A stretch of DNA of 46,111 bases from an uncultured Candidatus Rokubacteria bacterium (GCA_963789955.1 CAWBMV010000008.1:1-46111), one strand, 5' to 3'; counted from the stretch's first letter, positions 25,344 through 35,073 are shown. Numbers and translations are program-made. Notes: a model not told the origin generated them from the sequence alone.

Positions 25344-26309
25344 GTGACCAAGATCCTCACGCCCCCGCAACCCGCCCCGGTCCTGGAAATCGCACGCGAG
25401 CTGCTCCCGCCCGGCATGGAGCTGGTCGTCGTCGACCCGAGCAAGCCCGAGTTCTACGATGCCGCCGCCGACGCCGAGTACTATCTGGGCTCACCGCGCA
25501 CCGGGATCGGCAACGAGTTCTTCCGCGCCGCGCCCAGGCTGAAGCTCGTGCAGCTGACCAGCGCCGGCTACGATCGCGTCGACATCGAGGCCGCGCGCAA
25601 GGCCAAGGTGCCGGTCGCCAACAACGGCGGCGCGAACTCGGTCGCCGTCGCCGAGCACGCCGTGATGCTCATGCTCGCGGTGCTCAAGAAGCTCGTGTGG
25701 CATCACAACAACGTCGTCGCCGGCAAGTGGCGCACCGGGGACTTCGCCGCGACCCGCACCTACGAGGTGGAGGGCAAGCGCCTGGGCATCGTCGGCCTCG
25801 GCAACATCGGCAAGAAGGTGGCGCGCCGGGTTCAGGGCTTCGACATGGACGTGCGCTACTTCGACATTCTCCGGCTCACCGAAGACCAGGAAGATGCGCT
25901 CGGCGTACGCTTCACCTTGTTCACCGAGCTCCTGCGAACCTGTGACGTCGTGACCTTGCACGTGCCCCTCAACGACGTCACCCGCAAGATGATGTCGACG
26001 CGCGAGTTCGCGATGATGAAGCGCACCGCGATCCTCATCAACACGTGCCGCGGTCCGGTCGTCGACGAGACCGCGCTGCACCAGGCGCTCACGTCCGGGA
26101 CGATCGCCGCCGCCGGCCTGGACGTGATGGTGGAGGAGCCGCCGGCGGCGAATCACCCGCTGTTCTCGCTGCCGAACGTCACGATCTCGCCGCACAGCGC
26201 CGGACCGACGTGGGACAACTGGACGAAGGCGTACCGCAACGGCTTCGACAACATCCAGCGCATGGAGGCCGGGCGGGCGCCGCTCTGGGTCGTCCCCGAG
26301 CTCAGGTAA
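25344..26309 (+). CDS. D-isomer-specific 2-hydroxyacid dehydrogenase
   Basis: VAVAEHA, LGIVGLGNIG, VTLHVPL, LINTCRGPVVDE, GLDV...EEP and SPHSAG; RBS AGGAGGAG. Confidence 0.92.
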   Translation: MTKILTPPQPAPVLEIARELLPPGMELVVVDPSKPEFYDAAADAEYYLGSPRTGIGNEFFRAAPRLKLVQLTSAGYDRVDIEAARKAKVPVANNGGANSVAVAEHAVMLMLAVLKKLVWHHNNVVAGKWRTGDFAATRTYEVEGKRLGIVGLGNIGKKVARRVQGFDMDVRYFDILRLTEDQEDALGVRFTLFTELLRTCDVVTLHVPLNDVTRKMMSTREFAMMKRTAILINTCRGPVVDETALHQALTSGTIAAAGLDVMVEEPPAANHPLFSLPNVTISPHSAGPTWDNWTKAYRNGFDNIQRMEAGRAPLWVVPELR

Positions 26310-26898
26310 GAATGAGGACGATCGAGGCCGCCAGCACGAGCCCCATCGTGACGTTGAAGATCCTGAGCCGGCGCCGGCTCCGCAGCAGGCGCTGGACCGT
26401 GGCGCCGAATGCCAGCCAGACGAGCCCGCTCGGCAACGCCACGAGAAAGAACAACCCGCCGAGATAGACGGACTGCGTGACCGGGCTCCCCGCCCCCGCG
26501 CTGAGAAACGTCCCGGCCGCGCTCGCGCTCACCAGCCACGACTTCGGGTTGACCCACTGAAAACTCGCGGCCTGCAGATAGCCCACGCCCCGGCGATCGC
26601 CGGTCGTCTCGATACCACTCGACGTCGCGATCTTCCACGACAGCCAGAGAAGAAAGGCCGCGCCGCCCCAGTTGAGCGCCTTCAGCGCCACGGGATACCG
26701 GAGCACCACGCTCCCCAGCCCGAGCGGCACCAGAAACATCATGAGACCCATGCCGCTCGCGACACCCATGAGGCACGGCAGCCCGTGCAGGAGACCGACA
26801 TTCGCGCCGGCAGCCGTCAGCATGATGTTGCTCGGCCCCGGCGTGACCGCGGCCACCACCGCGAACAGAAGGAACGCGACGACTTGCTCCGTGGTCGT
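26302..26898 (-). CDS. LysE/RhtB family amino-acid exporter
   Basis: VTPGPSNIML, GAAFLLWLSWKIA, FQWVNPKSW and FNVTMGLVL; hydrophobic helices extend upstream of the called GTG to about 26898. Confidence 0.88.
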   Translation of the reverse strand, partial: TTTEQVVAFLLFAVVAAVTPGPSNIMLTAAGANVGLLHGLPCLMGVASGMGLMMFLVPLGLGSVVLRYPVALKALNWGGAAFLLWLSWKIATSSGIETTGDRRGVGYLQAASFQWVNPKSWLVSASAAGTFLSAGAGSPVTQSVYLGGLFFLVALPSGLVWLAFGATVQRLLRSRRRLRIFNVTMGLVLAASIVLILT

Positions 26899-26910
26899 AC
26901 TCTATCTCCT

Positions 26911-27786
26911 GTGCGCTCCCAGGAGACCAGATCCGGCGGCGAGGGTCTTGAACGATCGTGCGAGCGTCCGTCCGGGGGCTGGATCGCCAGCGCGAAGCCG
27001 GCCGACGGCGTCGAGCTGTTTCACGCGTGGTTCGCGGGCGCGGCGTACCAGAAGCACCGTCACGACACCTATGCCATCGGCCTGACCGACTGCGGCGTTC
27101 AGGTCTTCGACTACCGAGGCGCGACACGCGTCAGCGCCCCCGGTCAGACCGTCGTGCTCTATCCGGACGAGGCTCACGACGGCCGCGCGGGCACCGGCGA
27201 GGGCTTTGGATACCGAATCATCTACGTCGAGCCGGTCCAGCTGTCCGAGGCGCTTCGCGCGCTCCGCGGGCGACCCCATCCTCTGCCGTTCGTGCGCGAC
27301 CCGGTCTCGACCAACCTGACGCTGTCGCGAGCGATCGACGCCGCCTTTCGGCTGCCGATGGAGCCGCTGGCGGCGGACGGCCTGCTCGTCGACCTGGCCG
27401 CGGGCCTGCTCGACGCCGAGTGCGCGGGCCCGTCATCGGCCGGCGCGCCCCGGATCGACGCCGCCGCCGCGGAACGCGCTCGGCGGTTTCTCGACGCCGA
27501 GCGAACCCGAGTCGTGCATTCGGCGGAGCTCGAGTCCGTCACCGGGCTGACTCGCTACGATCTGGCCCGTCAGTTCAGGCACATGTTCGGCACGAGCCCC
27601 TACCGCTACCTGCTCATGCGCCGCCTCGACTTCGCGCGAGAGCTGATCCATCAGCAGCGCTCGCTGGTCGACGTGGCCTGTGACGCGGGCTTCGCGGATC
27701 AGGCGCACTTCACCCGCGTCTTCCGCTCGGCCTTCGGGCTCACGCCGGCCCGCTACCGTGCGCTGCGAGCCCGCCAGAGGGTATGA
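26911..27786 (+). CDS. AraC family transcriptional regulator (cupin + HTH)
   Basis: HRHDTYAIG, PDEAHDG, RQFRHMFGTSPYRYL and GFADQAHFTRVFRSAFGLTPARYR; divergent from the LysE gene. Start uncertain. Confidence 0.9.
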   Translation: MRSQETRSGGEGLERSCERPSGGWIASAKPADGVELFHAWFAGAAYQKHRHDTYAIGLTDCGVQVFDYRGATRVSAPGQTVVLYPDEAHDGRAGTGEGFGYRIIYVEPVQLSEALRALRGRPHPLPFVRDPVSTNLTLSRAIDAAFRLPMEPLAADGLLVDLAAGLLDAECAGPSSAGAPRIDAAAAERARRFLDAERTRVVHSAELESVTGLTRYDLARQFRHMFGTSPYRYLLMRRLDFARELIHQQRSLVDVACDAGFADQAHFTRVFRSAFGLTPARYRALRARQRV

Positions 27787-27809
27787 TTCGTCCCAACGGA
27801 GGAGCCGCG

Positions 27810-28472
27810 ATGAGCTCTCGCATCGTCCTGGCGATCGTGTTCGCGCTGGCGCTGCTGTCGTGCTTCGGGGGCGCCGCGCACGCGCAGCAATCCGACATGA
27901 CGTTCTTCGTCACCAGCACCGGCTCGGGGAAGGGCGCAGACCTCGGCGGCCTCGCGGGCGCCGACAAGCAGTGCCAGATGCTGGCTCAGGCGGCAGGCGC
28001 CGGCGGCAAGACGTGGCACGCGTACCTGAGCACGCAAGGGCCCGGCGCCGTCAACGCCCGCGACCGCATCGGGAGCGGCCCCTGGCAGAACGCGAAGGGC
28101 ACCGTCGTCGCGAAGAGCCTGGCCGAGCTGCACGGCACCAACAACATCAGCAAGCAGACCGCGCTGACCGAGAAGGGCGAGATGGTGAACGGACGCGGCG
28201 ACACGCCGAACATGCACGACATCCTCACGGGCTCGCAGCCGGACGGCACCGCGTTCGCCGGCGCCGAGGATCGCACGTGCGGCAACTGGGCGAAGAGCAC
28301 CCAGGGCTCGGCGATGGTCGGCCACCACGATCGCCAGGGGCTCAGAGACGACGACTCGTCGAAGTCGTGGAACTCCTCGCATCCCTCACGGGGTCCCGAT
28401 GGCGGGTGTAGCCAGAACGACCTGAAGAGCACGGGAGGCAACGGCTTCTTCTACTGCTTCGCGATCAAGTGA
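27810..28472 (+). CDS. Secreted lectin-like protein (C-type lectin/endostatin-like fold)
   Basis: Signal peptide ending AHA; FFVTS...DLGGLAGADKQCQ, WHAYLS, ILTGSQPDG, TCGNW and terminal FYCFA; GGAGGAG RBS. Confidence 0.7.
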   Translation: MSSRIVLAIVFALALLSCFGGAAHAQQSDMTFFVTSTGSGKGADLGGLAGADKQCQMLAQAAGAGGKTWHAYLSTQGPGAVNARDRIGSGPWQNAKGTVVAKSLAELHGTNNISKQTALTEKGEMVNGRGDTPNMHDILTGSQPDGTAFAGAEDRTCGNWAKSTQGSAMVGHHDRQGLRDDDSSKSWNSSHPSRGPDGGCSQNDLKSTGGNGFFYCFAIK

Positions 28473-29116
28473 CACGAGCCCTCGTCGTTCTCTGCTGTCT
28501 CCTCGCGTTCCCGGCAGCGCTGCTCGCCGACGCACCGCCGCTCGTCACCTGGAAAGGCTGCTCCGATCTCGGCTGCATGGGGCAGATCAAGATGCGCGTG
28601 ACGAGGGCGGCGCGCGAGGACGTGGCGGGCACCTACAACTTCTCGGTCTTCACGAACTACGAGGTCTCGTTCGAGGATCTGTCCGGCTCGCGCCCACGAA
28701 AGCTCCTGCACTTCACCCAGCCGGACTCGAGCTTCCTGTTCTTCGGCGTTCAGGGTGCCGAGGAGGCCGAGGCGTTCCGCGCCAAGTACCAGACGCGAGT
28801 CGCGCGCGTCATGATCCTCGTCCTGCGCCTGATGGCCACGGGCTTTCCGGAGGGCGCCGGCGCGCTTCCGAAGACATGGGACTCGCGGCCGGTGGATCTG
28901 GACCGGTCGCGCTTCGAGATATCGGCGAGAAGGGTCACCGGCGACTCGTTCGCGTTTCGCGTCCAGGGCCCGGACCACGTCGTCGAAGGCGACTGGGGGA
29001 TCGCGAAGGCGACACCGTGGCCCGACAGCCAGCCGATGGCCGGATGGGTCGCCGGCAACGGCGTGACCATTCCGAACATGACACTCGGCGAGCTGCGCCA
29101 GCTGCGACGGCGGTGA
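28469..29116 (+). CDS. Hypothetical exported protein
   Basis: 215-aa ORF with signal-peptide-like N-terminus; 4-nt overlap (GTGA) with the lectin stop; host-like codon usage; no recognised motif. Confidence 0.55.
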   Translation: MTRALVVLCCLLAFPAALLADAPPLVTWKGCSDLGCMGQIKMRVTRAAREDVAGTYNFSVFTNYEVSFEDLSGSRPRKLLHFTQPDSSFLFFGVQGAEEAEAFRAKYQTRVARVMILVLRLMATGFPEGAGALPKTWDSRPVDLDRSRFEISARRVTGDSFAFRVQGPDHVVEGDWGIAKATPWPDSQPMAGWVAGNGVTIPNMTLGELRQLRRR

Positions 29117-29150
29117 TTGCGCCGCCGGAATCACGGCGCTATAAGAGAGC

Positions 29151-30704
29151 ATGACACGATCGATTCCGTTCGTCGCAGCCCTGCTCGCCGCTGTGCTTCT
29201 CGCACCCCCGGCCAGCGCGCAAATCCCGCGCGATGTCGTCGTGGTGGGCATGGAAGCCGAGCCGCCGGGGCTCGATCCCGGCCAGGCGCTGGGACTTCAC
29301 ACCTTGCGGGTGACCGCCGAGATCTTCGAGACCTTGGTCGCGACGCGCGCCGACAGTACCGAGGTGATCCCCGGGCTCGCGGAGTCCTGGACCACCTCGC
29401 CCGACGGAATGGTCTGGACGTTCAAGCTGCGCCGGGGTGTGCGCTTTCACGACGGCACGCCGCTCGATGCCGCCGCCGTCAAGTTCACCTTCGACCGCAT
29501 CATCGACCCGGCCCACCCGCACGCCAAGAGCGGCAAGTGGACGTTCGTCACGGGGTACCTGTCGAGCGTGAAAGCGGTCGAGGTGATCGATCCTCAGACC
29601 GTGCAGCTGCATCTGAAATATCCGACCGGCTCGCTCCTGGCGCTCCTCGCGCTGCCCAACTGCGCGATCGTCAGCCCGACGGCCTTCACGAAGGCGCCCG
29701 CCGATTTCGATGCGAAGCCGGTGGGGAGCGGCCGGTACAAGTTCGAGTCGTGGGAGCGCGGGAGCCGCCTCGTGCTCCGACGCAACGACGACTATTGGGG
29801 CGTCAAGGGCAAGCCGCAGGCGCTCGTCTATCGCGGCATCCCCGAGGCCAACACCCGCGTGTCCGAGCTCCTGACCGGCGGTGTGGACCTCATTCTGCCG
29901 ATCCCGCCCGATTTCGTCGGGCGCCTCGAGAAGACGTCGGGCGTCACCGTGTACAAGGCCACCGGATTGACCGTCTGGTACGCGGGCTTCAACGTCGAGA
30001 AGAAGCCGTTCACGGATCGCCGCGTGCGCCAGGCCTTCAACCACGCCGTGAACAAGGACGCGATCGTGCGCGACATCCTGAAGGGCACCGGGATCCCCGC
30101 CGTCGGTCCCCTGCTCCCGGGTACCTGGGCCTTCGAGCCGAACGTCCACAAGTACGCGTACGATCCCGGCGCCGCCAGGAAGCTCCTCGCCGAGGCCGGG
30201 TACCCGAACGGGCTCGAGGTCGATTTCTGGGTGCCGGAGTCGGGCTCCGGCATGCAGGCGCCGGTCGAGATGTCGACGGTGATCCAGGCGAACCTGGCCG
30301 CCGTGGGCGTCAAGGCGCAGCTGAAGACGTTCGAGTGGGGCTCCTATCTGGGCAAGGTGCGATCCGACGCGCCCGCGATGTTCGCGCTGTCCTGGTTCCT
30401 GAAATCGGAGGATCCGGACCTGTCCATGTATCCGCTCTTCTTCTCGAAGAACCAGCCCCTGCCGAACCGGTCGAACTACAACAATCCCGAGGTCGATCAG
30501 CTCCTCGTACAGGCGCGGCAGCTCACCGACCGGAGCCGGCGCGCCGAGCTCTACAAGAAGGCGCAGCGCCTCATCGTGGAGGACGCGCCGTGGATCTTCG
30601 TCGACCACGAGGTCCAGGTCGTCGCCACGCGCGCCAACGTGAAGGGCTTCAGCCTGCATCCGAGCGGCTTCGACCTGCGCGTCGAGCACGTGACGAAGGA
30701 GTAG
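29151..30704 (+). CDS. ABC transporter substrate-binding protein, family 5 (DppA/OppA-like)
   Basis: Signal peptide, PGLAESW...WTFKLRRGVRFHDGTPLDAAAVKFTFDRI, PVGSGRYKF and DRRVRQAFNHAVN. Confidence 0.93.
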   Translation: MTRSIPFVAALLAAVLLAPPASAQIPRDVVVVGMEAEPPGLDPGQALGLHTLRVTAEIFETLVATRADSTEVIPGLAESWTTSPDGMVWTFKLRRGVRFHDGTPLDAAAVKFTFDRIIDPAHPHAKSGKWTFVTGYLSSVKAVEVIDPQTVQLHLKYPTGSLLALLALPNCAIVSPTAFTKAPADFDAKPVGSGRYKFESWERGSRLVLRRNDDYWGVKGKPQALVYRGIPEANTRVSELLTGGVDLILPIPPDFVGRLEKTSGVTVYKATGLTVWYAGFNVEKKPFTDRRVRQAFNHAVNKDAIVRDILKGTGIPAVGPLLPGTWAFEPNVHKYAYDPGAARKLLAEAGYPNGLEVDFWVPESGSGMQAPVEMSTVIQANLAAVGVKAQLKTFEWGSYLGKVRSDAPAMFALSWFLKSEDPDLSMYPLFFSKNQPLPNRSNYNNPEVDQLLVQARQLTDRSRRAELYKKAQRLIVEDAPWIFVDHEVQVVATRANVKGFSLHPSGFDLRVEHVTKE

Positions 30705-30706
30705 TC

Positions 30707-31229
30707 ATGGACGAGATCAAAGCGGTCGACCTCGGTCAGGTCATGAGCAGCATCCGCGGCTCGGGCCGGCCCAACACGGTCCTGTGGCAGGCCCCCGACA
30801 GCATCGCCTTCGTCGCCCGGGGCCGCGAGTTCCGCAGCGAGTTCCACAGCGATCCGAGCGACGAGGTCATGTACATGATCAAGGGCGACATGAACCTCCA
30901 CTATCGGACGCCGGAGGGTGACGAGAAGATCGCGCTGATCCGCGAGGGCCAGATCGTCTACTGCCCCGCGGGCACGCCCCATTCCCCGCGGCTTCTCTCC
31001 CGACGCGTTCGTCCTCGTCCTCGAGCGCAAGCGCCGGCCGGACGAGAGCGATCGCTTCACCTGGTTCTGCGAGCAGTGCGGAGCTCAGCTCCACCAGAGC
31101 GTCAAGCAGGTCGCCGACTATCGTGAGGATCCGGTCTCGCGCGCCTACGAGGAGTTCTACGGCTCGGAAAAGAATCGCACGTGTAGTCGCTGCGGCCACA
31201 TCACGCCGCGCCCACCCGCCAAAGCCTGA
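30707..31229 (+). CDS. 3-hydroxyanthranilate 3,4-dioxygenase-like cupin (one frameshift ~30990)
   Basis: RSEFHSDPSDE (His/Glu ligands), TPHSPR (His), VLERKR, and rubredoxin-like WFCEQC...RTCSRCGH; stop TGA 31227-31229. Confidence 0.8.
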
Positions 31230-31233
31230 AGAC

Positions 31234-31269
31234 GAGCGCGCCCCGAGGGTTTGACCCCGGGGCGCGCTC
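31234..31269. terminator. Strong GC hairpin between convergent genes (putative bidirectional terminator)
   Basis: GAGCGCGCCCCG-A-GGGT-TTG-ACCC-CGGGGCGCGCTC: 12-bp plus 4-bp stems, no clear U-tract. Confidence 0.6.
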
Positions 31270-31288
31270 TGCAGTAGGTTGGCCGGAC

Positions 31289-31957
31289 CTATCCGGCAAA
31301 CCGGTCCGGGAACTGCTTCACGATCGCCTCCGCCAGCGGATCCGCGATCATCTGCATGTGACCGGCCGCGGCGCGTAGCGCGGTGTAGGCGCGCGCCGGA
31401 TCCTTCGACGCCTGCGCGTCGATGACGGTCTTGAGCGTGACCACGTGGTGCTTCACGAGGTCGGCGACGACCGACTTCGGCAGATTCGGATTCGCGGCAC
31501 TCAGAAACGCGCCGAAGTCCTGCGTATAGGCGACGAGATCGTTGACCGCCTTGTCTTGCTTGGTCTTGTCGTTGCCGGCGACGCCGACCGTGTAGTCGAC
31601 GACGAAGCCGATGTGGCGGCGCCACAGGGGCAGGAACGCCTTCTCGGCGCCCTCGCCGTACACGGAACCGATCGCCTTCGAGATGGCCACGGAGTTGGCG
31701 TCGAGCGCGCCGGCCGCCGCCTTGAACTCCGCCTCGCGCCCGCCGAGCGCCGCGTTGGTCGCGGCTCCCGCGAGGTACACGTGCTCCGAGAAGAGGTTGT
31801 TGAGGCCGGCACGCAGCTCCGCCGCCTTGGTGCCGGAGGTCGACGCCGTCGGCATCGACATCGCTCCGTGCCCGGGCTGCTGCGCCATCGATTGCGTGCA
31901 GCCCGCCAGCATCACCACGCTCGCTGCCCCCACCCACGCGATAATCTGCTGTTTCAT
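31289..31957 (-). CDS. Helical His-containing lipoprotein of uncharacterised family (homologues often auto-labelled 'copper amine oxidase')
   Basis: Lipobox MLAG|C; LFSEHVYLA, AIGSVYG...FLPLWRRHIGFVVDYT, LVKHHV and AGHMQMIAD; overlaps the cupredoxin stop. Confidence 0.6.
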   Translation of the reverse strand: MKQQIIAWVGAASVVMLAGCTQSMAQQPGHGAMSMPTASTSGTKAAELRAGLNNLFSEHVYLAGAATNAALGGREAEFKAAAGALDANSVAISKAIGSVYGEGAEKAFLPLWRRHIGFVVDYTVGVAGNDKTKQDKAVNDLVAYTQDFGAFLSAANPNLPKSVVADLVKHHVVTLKTVIDAQASKDPARAYTALRAAAGHMQMIADPLAEAIVKQFPDRFAG

Positions 31958-32316
31958 CGCTCGCTCCTTTCGTTGGTTGAGTTGACGCGGATCTCGCCGC
32001 GCATCGACGGGTGCCGATCACAGAAGTAGGGATAGACACCCGGTTCACTGAACGTGACCATCCTCGTAGTGCCGCGGCCCGGCAGGCGCACGTCGAAGCG
32101 GCCGCCGCGATGCTCGGGATCGCCCGACGTCACCGTGTGCTCGATCTCGTCACGGTTGGTCCACGTGATCGCGGTCCCGGCTCGGACCTCGACAGCGTCG
32201 GGTTGAAACTGGAAGACCCGGATATCGACGGCAGGAGCCGGCGCGGCCGATGCGGCCAGCGCGGCTACGATTACGGCCAGCGCGCTACCAGCTCCGATGA
32301 TTCCGCGAGCACCCAT
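31954..32316 (-). CDS. Plastocyanin/amicyanin-like cupredoxin (type 1 blue copper protein)
   Basis: Signal peptide; WTNRDEIEHTV and YPYFCDRHPSMRGEI give the His/Cys/His/Met ligands. Confidence 0.9.
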   Translation of the reverse strand: MGARGIIGAGSALAVIVAALAASAAPAPAVDIRVFQFQPDAVEVRAGTAITWTNRDEIEHTVTSGDPEHRGGRFDVRLPGRGTTRMVTFSEPGVYPYFCDRHPSMRGEIRVNSTNERSER

Positions 32317-32451
32317 CGCCTACGTCCTCCTCACCGAGAGCTACGGGCGAGGCGGCGGGTTTGGATGTCGCGAGCGGTGGGCCGACTCGGCGGTGACTTG
32401 TTGGCGACGACTTCGGGCACTACGCCCGATGGCCCGCGCGAAACGAGCTGC

Positions 32452-33849
32452 TTACGGCTCCGGCGGCCGGCGAGCCTTCCAACTCGTGGCCTGCTCGTAC
32501 GCCCAGCCGATGCGTAGCGCCGTCGACTCCTGTCCGGCGTGACACAGGATCTGGAGCGAGAGCGGCAGGCCTTCGGCCGAGAATCCACTGGGGATCGCGA
32601 GGCCGCACAGTCCGAGGTAGTTGCCGGGCCGCGTGAAGTGAGCCGACGTGGTCGACTGGTCCACGCGATCGATTGGAATCGCTGCGGTCTGCGCGGTCGG
32701 CGTCAGCACCGCGTCGACATCGGCGAGCGCGGCGGCGAACTCGCGCTTGTGCTCCTCTTGCTGCGCGAGCGCCAGGAGATAGTCGCGCGCCGAGATGTTC
32801 TTGCCGAGCTGGATGCGGGGCCGCACGTGAGGATCCGTCGGCAGCGTCGCGTCATCGACCAGGTGCCCGACGAAGCGGTAGCCCTCGGCACCGATGATCA
32901 CGCCGGTTGCGGCGGTGTAGTCGGCCAGACGCCGTGGGAAGCCGACGCGGACGATCTGCGCGCCGAGCCCGCCGAGCGCATTCACCGCGGCGTCGTACGC
33001 CGCCAGCACTTCCTTCTCGACCCCGACCCGCTCGGCGTCGGGCAGCACGGCCAGCCGCAGCCCCGCGACCCCACGACGCAGAGTCGGCAGCGGATCGACG
33101 GGTGCCCACGCGAGTGTCTGCGGATCCCGCGGGTCGGCTCCACTGAGCACGCGATAGATCAGCGCGGCATCCTCGACCGAGCGCGCCAGCGGTCCCGGCG
33201 TATCGAGCGTGGAGCTGAGCGGGAGCACGCCGTAGGTGCTGATCCGTCCCGCCGTCACCTTGAGCCCGACGATGCCGCACCAGGCCGCGGGAATTCTGAC
33301 GGAGCCGCCCGTGTCGGTACCGATCGCGACCGGTGCCAAGCCTGCGGAGACCGCGACACCCGAGCCGCTGGACGAGCCGCCGGGCGTGCGATGAACCGAG
33401 AGATCCCACGGATTGCGCGGGGTGCCCATGTGCGTGTTGGTGCCCCAGCTGCCCATCGCGAACTCGACCGTGTGCGTCTTGCCGAGCACGATCATGCCCG
33501 CCCCGATGAGCCGCTCGGCGAGCGTCGCGGTGACCGGCGACACGCGCTCGGCCCATACCTTCGATCCGCCGGTCGTGACGCGGCCCTGGAGATCGACGAG
33601 ATCCTTGAGGGCGATCGGAACACCGTGGAGCGGACCCACGCGATGGCCGGAGCGAATGGCCTTGTCGGCGGCCTCGGCCGCCAGCCGCGCCTCGGGCTCG
33701 TAGACGGCGATGAAGGCATGCAGGGCTGGATTGCGCCGGCGGATCCGCCCGAGCAGCGCCTCGACGGCATCGACCGGTGACAAGGTCCGCGCCTCGAACG
33801 CGCGGGACAGCTCTGCAACCGACGCCCACACAGGATCGATCGTGGCCAT
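32452..33849 (-). CDS. Amidase signature family enzyme (GatA/AtzE-like)
   Basis: GVPIALKD (Lys), PGGSSSGS and GTDTGGSVRIPA (Ser-cisSer-Lys triad); real start MATIDPV at 33849 after a GGAGG RBS. Confidence 0.92.
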   Translation of the reverse strand: MATIDPVWASVAELSRAFEARTLSPVDAVEALLGRIRRRNPALHAFIAVYEPEARLAAEAADKAIRSGHRVGPLHGVPIALKDLVDLQGRVTTGGSKVWAERVSPVTATLAERLIGAGMIVLGKTHTVEFAMGSWGTNTHMGTPRNPWDLSVHRTPGGSSSGSGVAVSAGLAPVAIGTDTGGSVRIPAAWCGIVGLKVTAGRISTYGVLPLSSTLDTPGPLARSVEDAALIYRVLSGADPRDPQTLAWAPVDPLPTLRRGVAGLRLAVLPDAERVGVEKEVLAAYDAAVNALGGLGAQIVRVGFPRRLADYTAATGVIIGAEGYRFVGHLVDDATLPTDPHVRPRIQLGKNISARDYLLALAQQEEHKREFAAALADVDAVLTPTAQTAAIPIDRVDQSTTSAHFTRPGNYLGLCGLAIPSGFSAEGLPLSLQILCHAGQESTALRIGWAYEQATSWKARRPPEP

Positions 33850-33915
33850 GTGCCTTCCTCCGGCGGCCATGATCGCCGTCTTGCCAGGCCGGTTCAAGCG
33901 GCTTATGGTGGCGGC

Positions 33916-35073
33916 GTGGCGGACACCGCGGACGTCGTGATCGTCGGCGCCGGGATCATGGGTGTGAGCACGGCCTACCACCTGGCCCGGCTCGGCGTGG
34001 GCCCGGTGATCGTCCTCGAGCGCGACACCGTCTGCTCCGGCTCGACCGCCCTCGCGAGTGGCGGCATCCGCCACCAGTACGCGAACCCGCTGGGCGTCGA
34101 GCTGACCACGCACAGCATCGTCACCTACGAGCGCTTCCGCGACGAGTTCGGCGTCGATCCCAACTTCCGCCAGCACGGCTACCTGATCCTGATCGGCAGC
34201 GAGGACGAGCTGGTGACCGCGCGGCGCAGCGTCGCGCTCCAGCAGAGCCTGGGCGTGAAAGTCGAGCTGCTCGACGCCGCGGCGACGCGCGCGCTGTGCC
34301 CGTATCTCAACACCGGCGATCTGCTCGGCGCCACCTACACGCCGCGCGACGGCTACGCCGATCCGTATCTGTGCACGACCGCGATCGCCGCCCGTGCGCG
34401 CGATCTTGGCGTGACGATCAAGCAACAGCACGAGGTCCTCGGCTTCATCCGCGCGGGCGATCGAGTGCTCGGCGTCACCACCGCCGCCGGCTCGTTCGAG
34501 GCGCGCGCCACCGTCATCGCGACCGGCGCCTGGTCGGGTGTCGTCGGCCAATTGGCGGGTGTCGACATCCCCGTGCGTCCGCACCGGCGTCACAAGTTCA
34601 TGACCGCGCCGTTTCCGGCCTCGCGCATCCCGGCGGCGACGCCGTTCATCATCGACCCGCACACGAACTTCTCGCTGCGCCGTGAAGGCCCCGGGCTCTT
34701 GCTCGGCCACGGCCGGCGAGACGAGCCCGACGGCTTCAGCACCGAGATCGACCGGAGCCTCGAGCCCGCGCTGATCGAGCGCGCGATCCACCGGGCGCCC
34801 GTTCTGGCCGATGCCGAGCTGATGCGGGCATGGGCGGGCCTCTACGAGATGACGCCGGACCAGACCGGGATCGTCAGCGCCGTGCCCGGCGCCGCCGGCC
34901 TTTACGTCATCGCCGGCTTCAGCGGCCATGGCTTCATGCACGGTCCGATCGCCGGCCAGCTCATGGCCGAGATGCTCGCCCACGGCCGCGCCGTCACGAT
35001 GGACGCCGGCCCGCTCGACATCGGCCGCTTCGCGCGCGGCGAAGCCCACGTCGAGCCGCTCACCTTCGTCTGA
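33916..35073 (+). CDS. FAD-dependent oxidoreductase, DAO/sarcosine oxidase beta-like
   Basis: VVIVGAGIMG, GSTALASGGIRHQ, WAGLYEMTPD and GFSGHGFMHGP. Confidence 0.9.
   Translation: MADTADVVIVGAGIMGVSTAYHLARLGVGPVIVLERDTVCSGSTALASGGIRHQYANPLGVELTTHSIVTYERFRDEFGVDPNFRQHGYLILIGSEDELVTARRSVALQQSLGVKVELLDAAATRALCPYLNTGDLLGATYTPRDGYADPYLCTTAIAARARDLGVTIKQQHEVLGFIRAGDRVLGVTTAAGSFEARATVIATGAWSGVVGQLAGVDIPVRPHRRHKFMTAPFPASRIPAATPFIIDPHTNFSLRREGPGLLLGHGRRDEPDGFSTEIDRSLEPALIERAIHRAPVLADAELMRAWAGLYEMTPDQTGIVSAVPGAAGLYVIAGFSGHGFMHGPIAGQLMAEMLAHGRAVTMDAGPLDIGRFARGEAHVEPLTFV

Noticed and set aside
17578..30689. Long antisense or alternate-frame ORFs (17578..19866, 22866..24680, 23456..25945, 29139..30689, 29117..31126)
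   Set aside because: They overlap well-supported genes and are Arg/Ala/Pro-rich or mirror-codon products with no motifs, apart from the dioxygenase N-terminus at the tail of 29117..31126.
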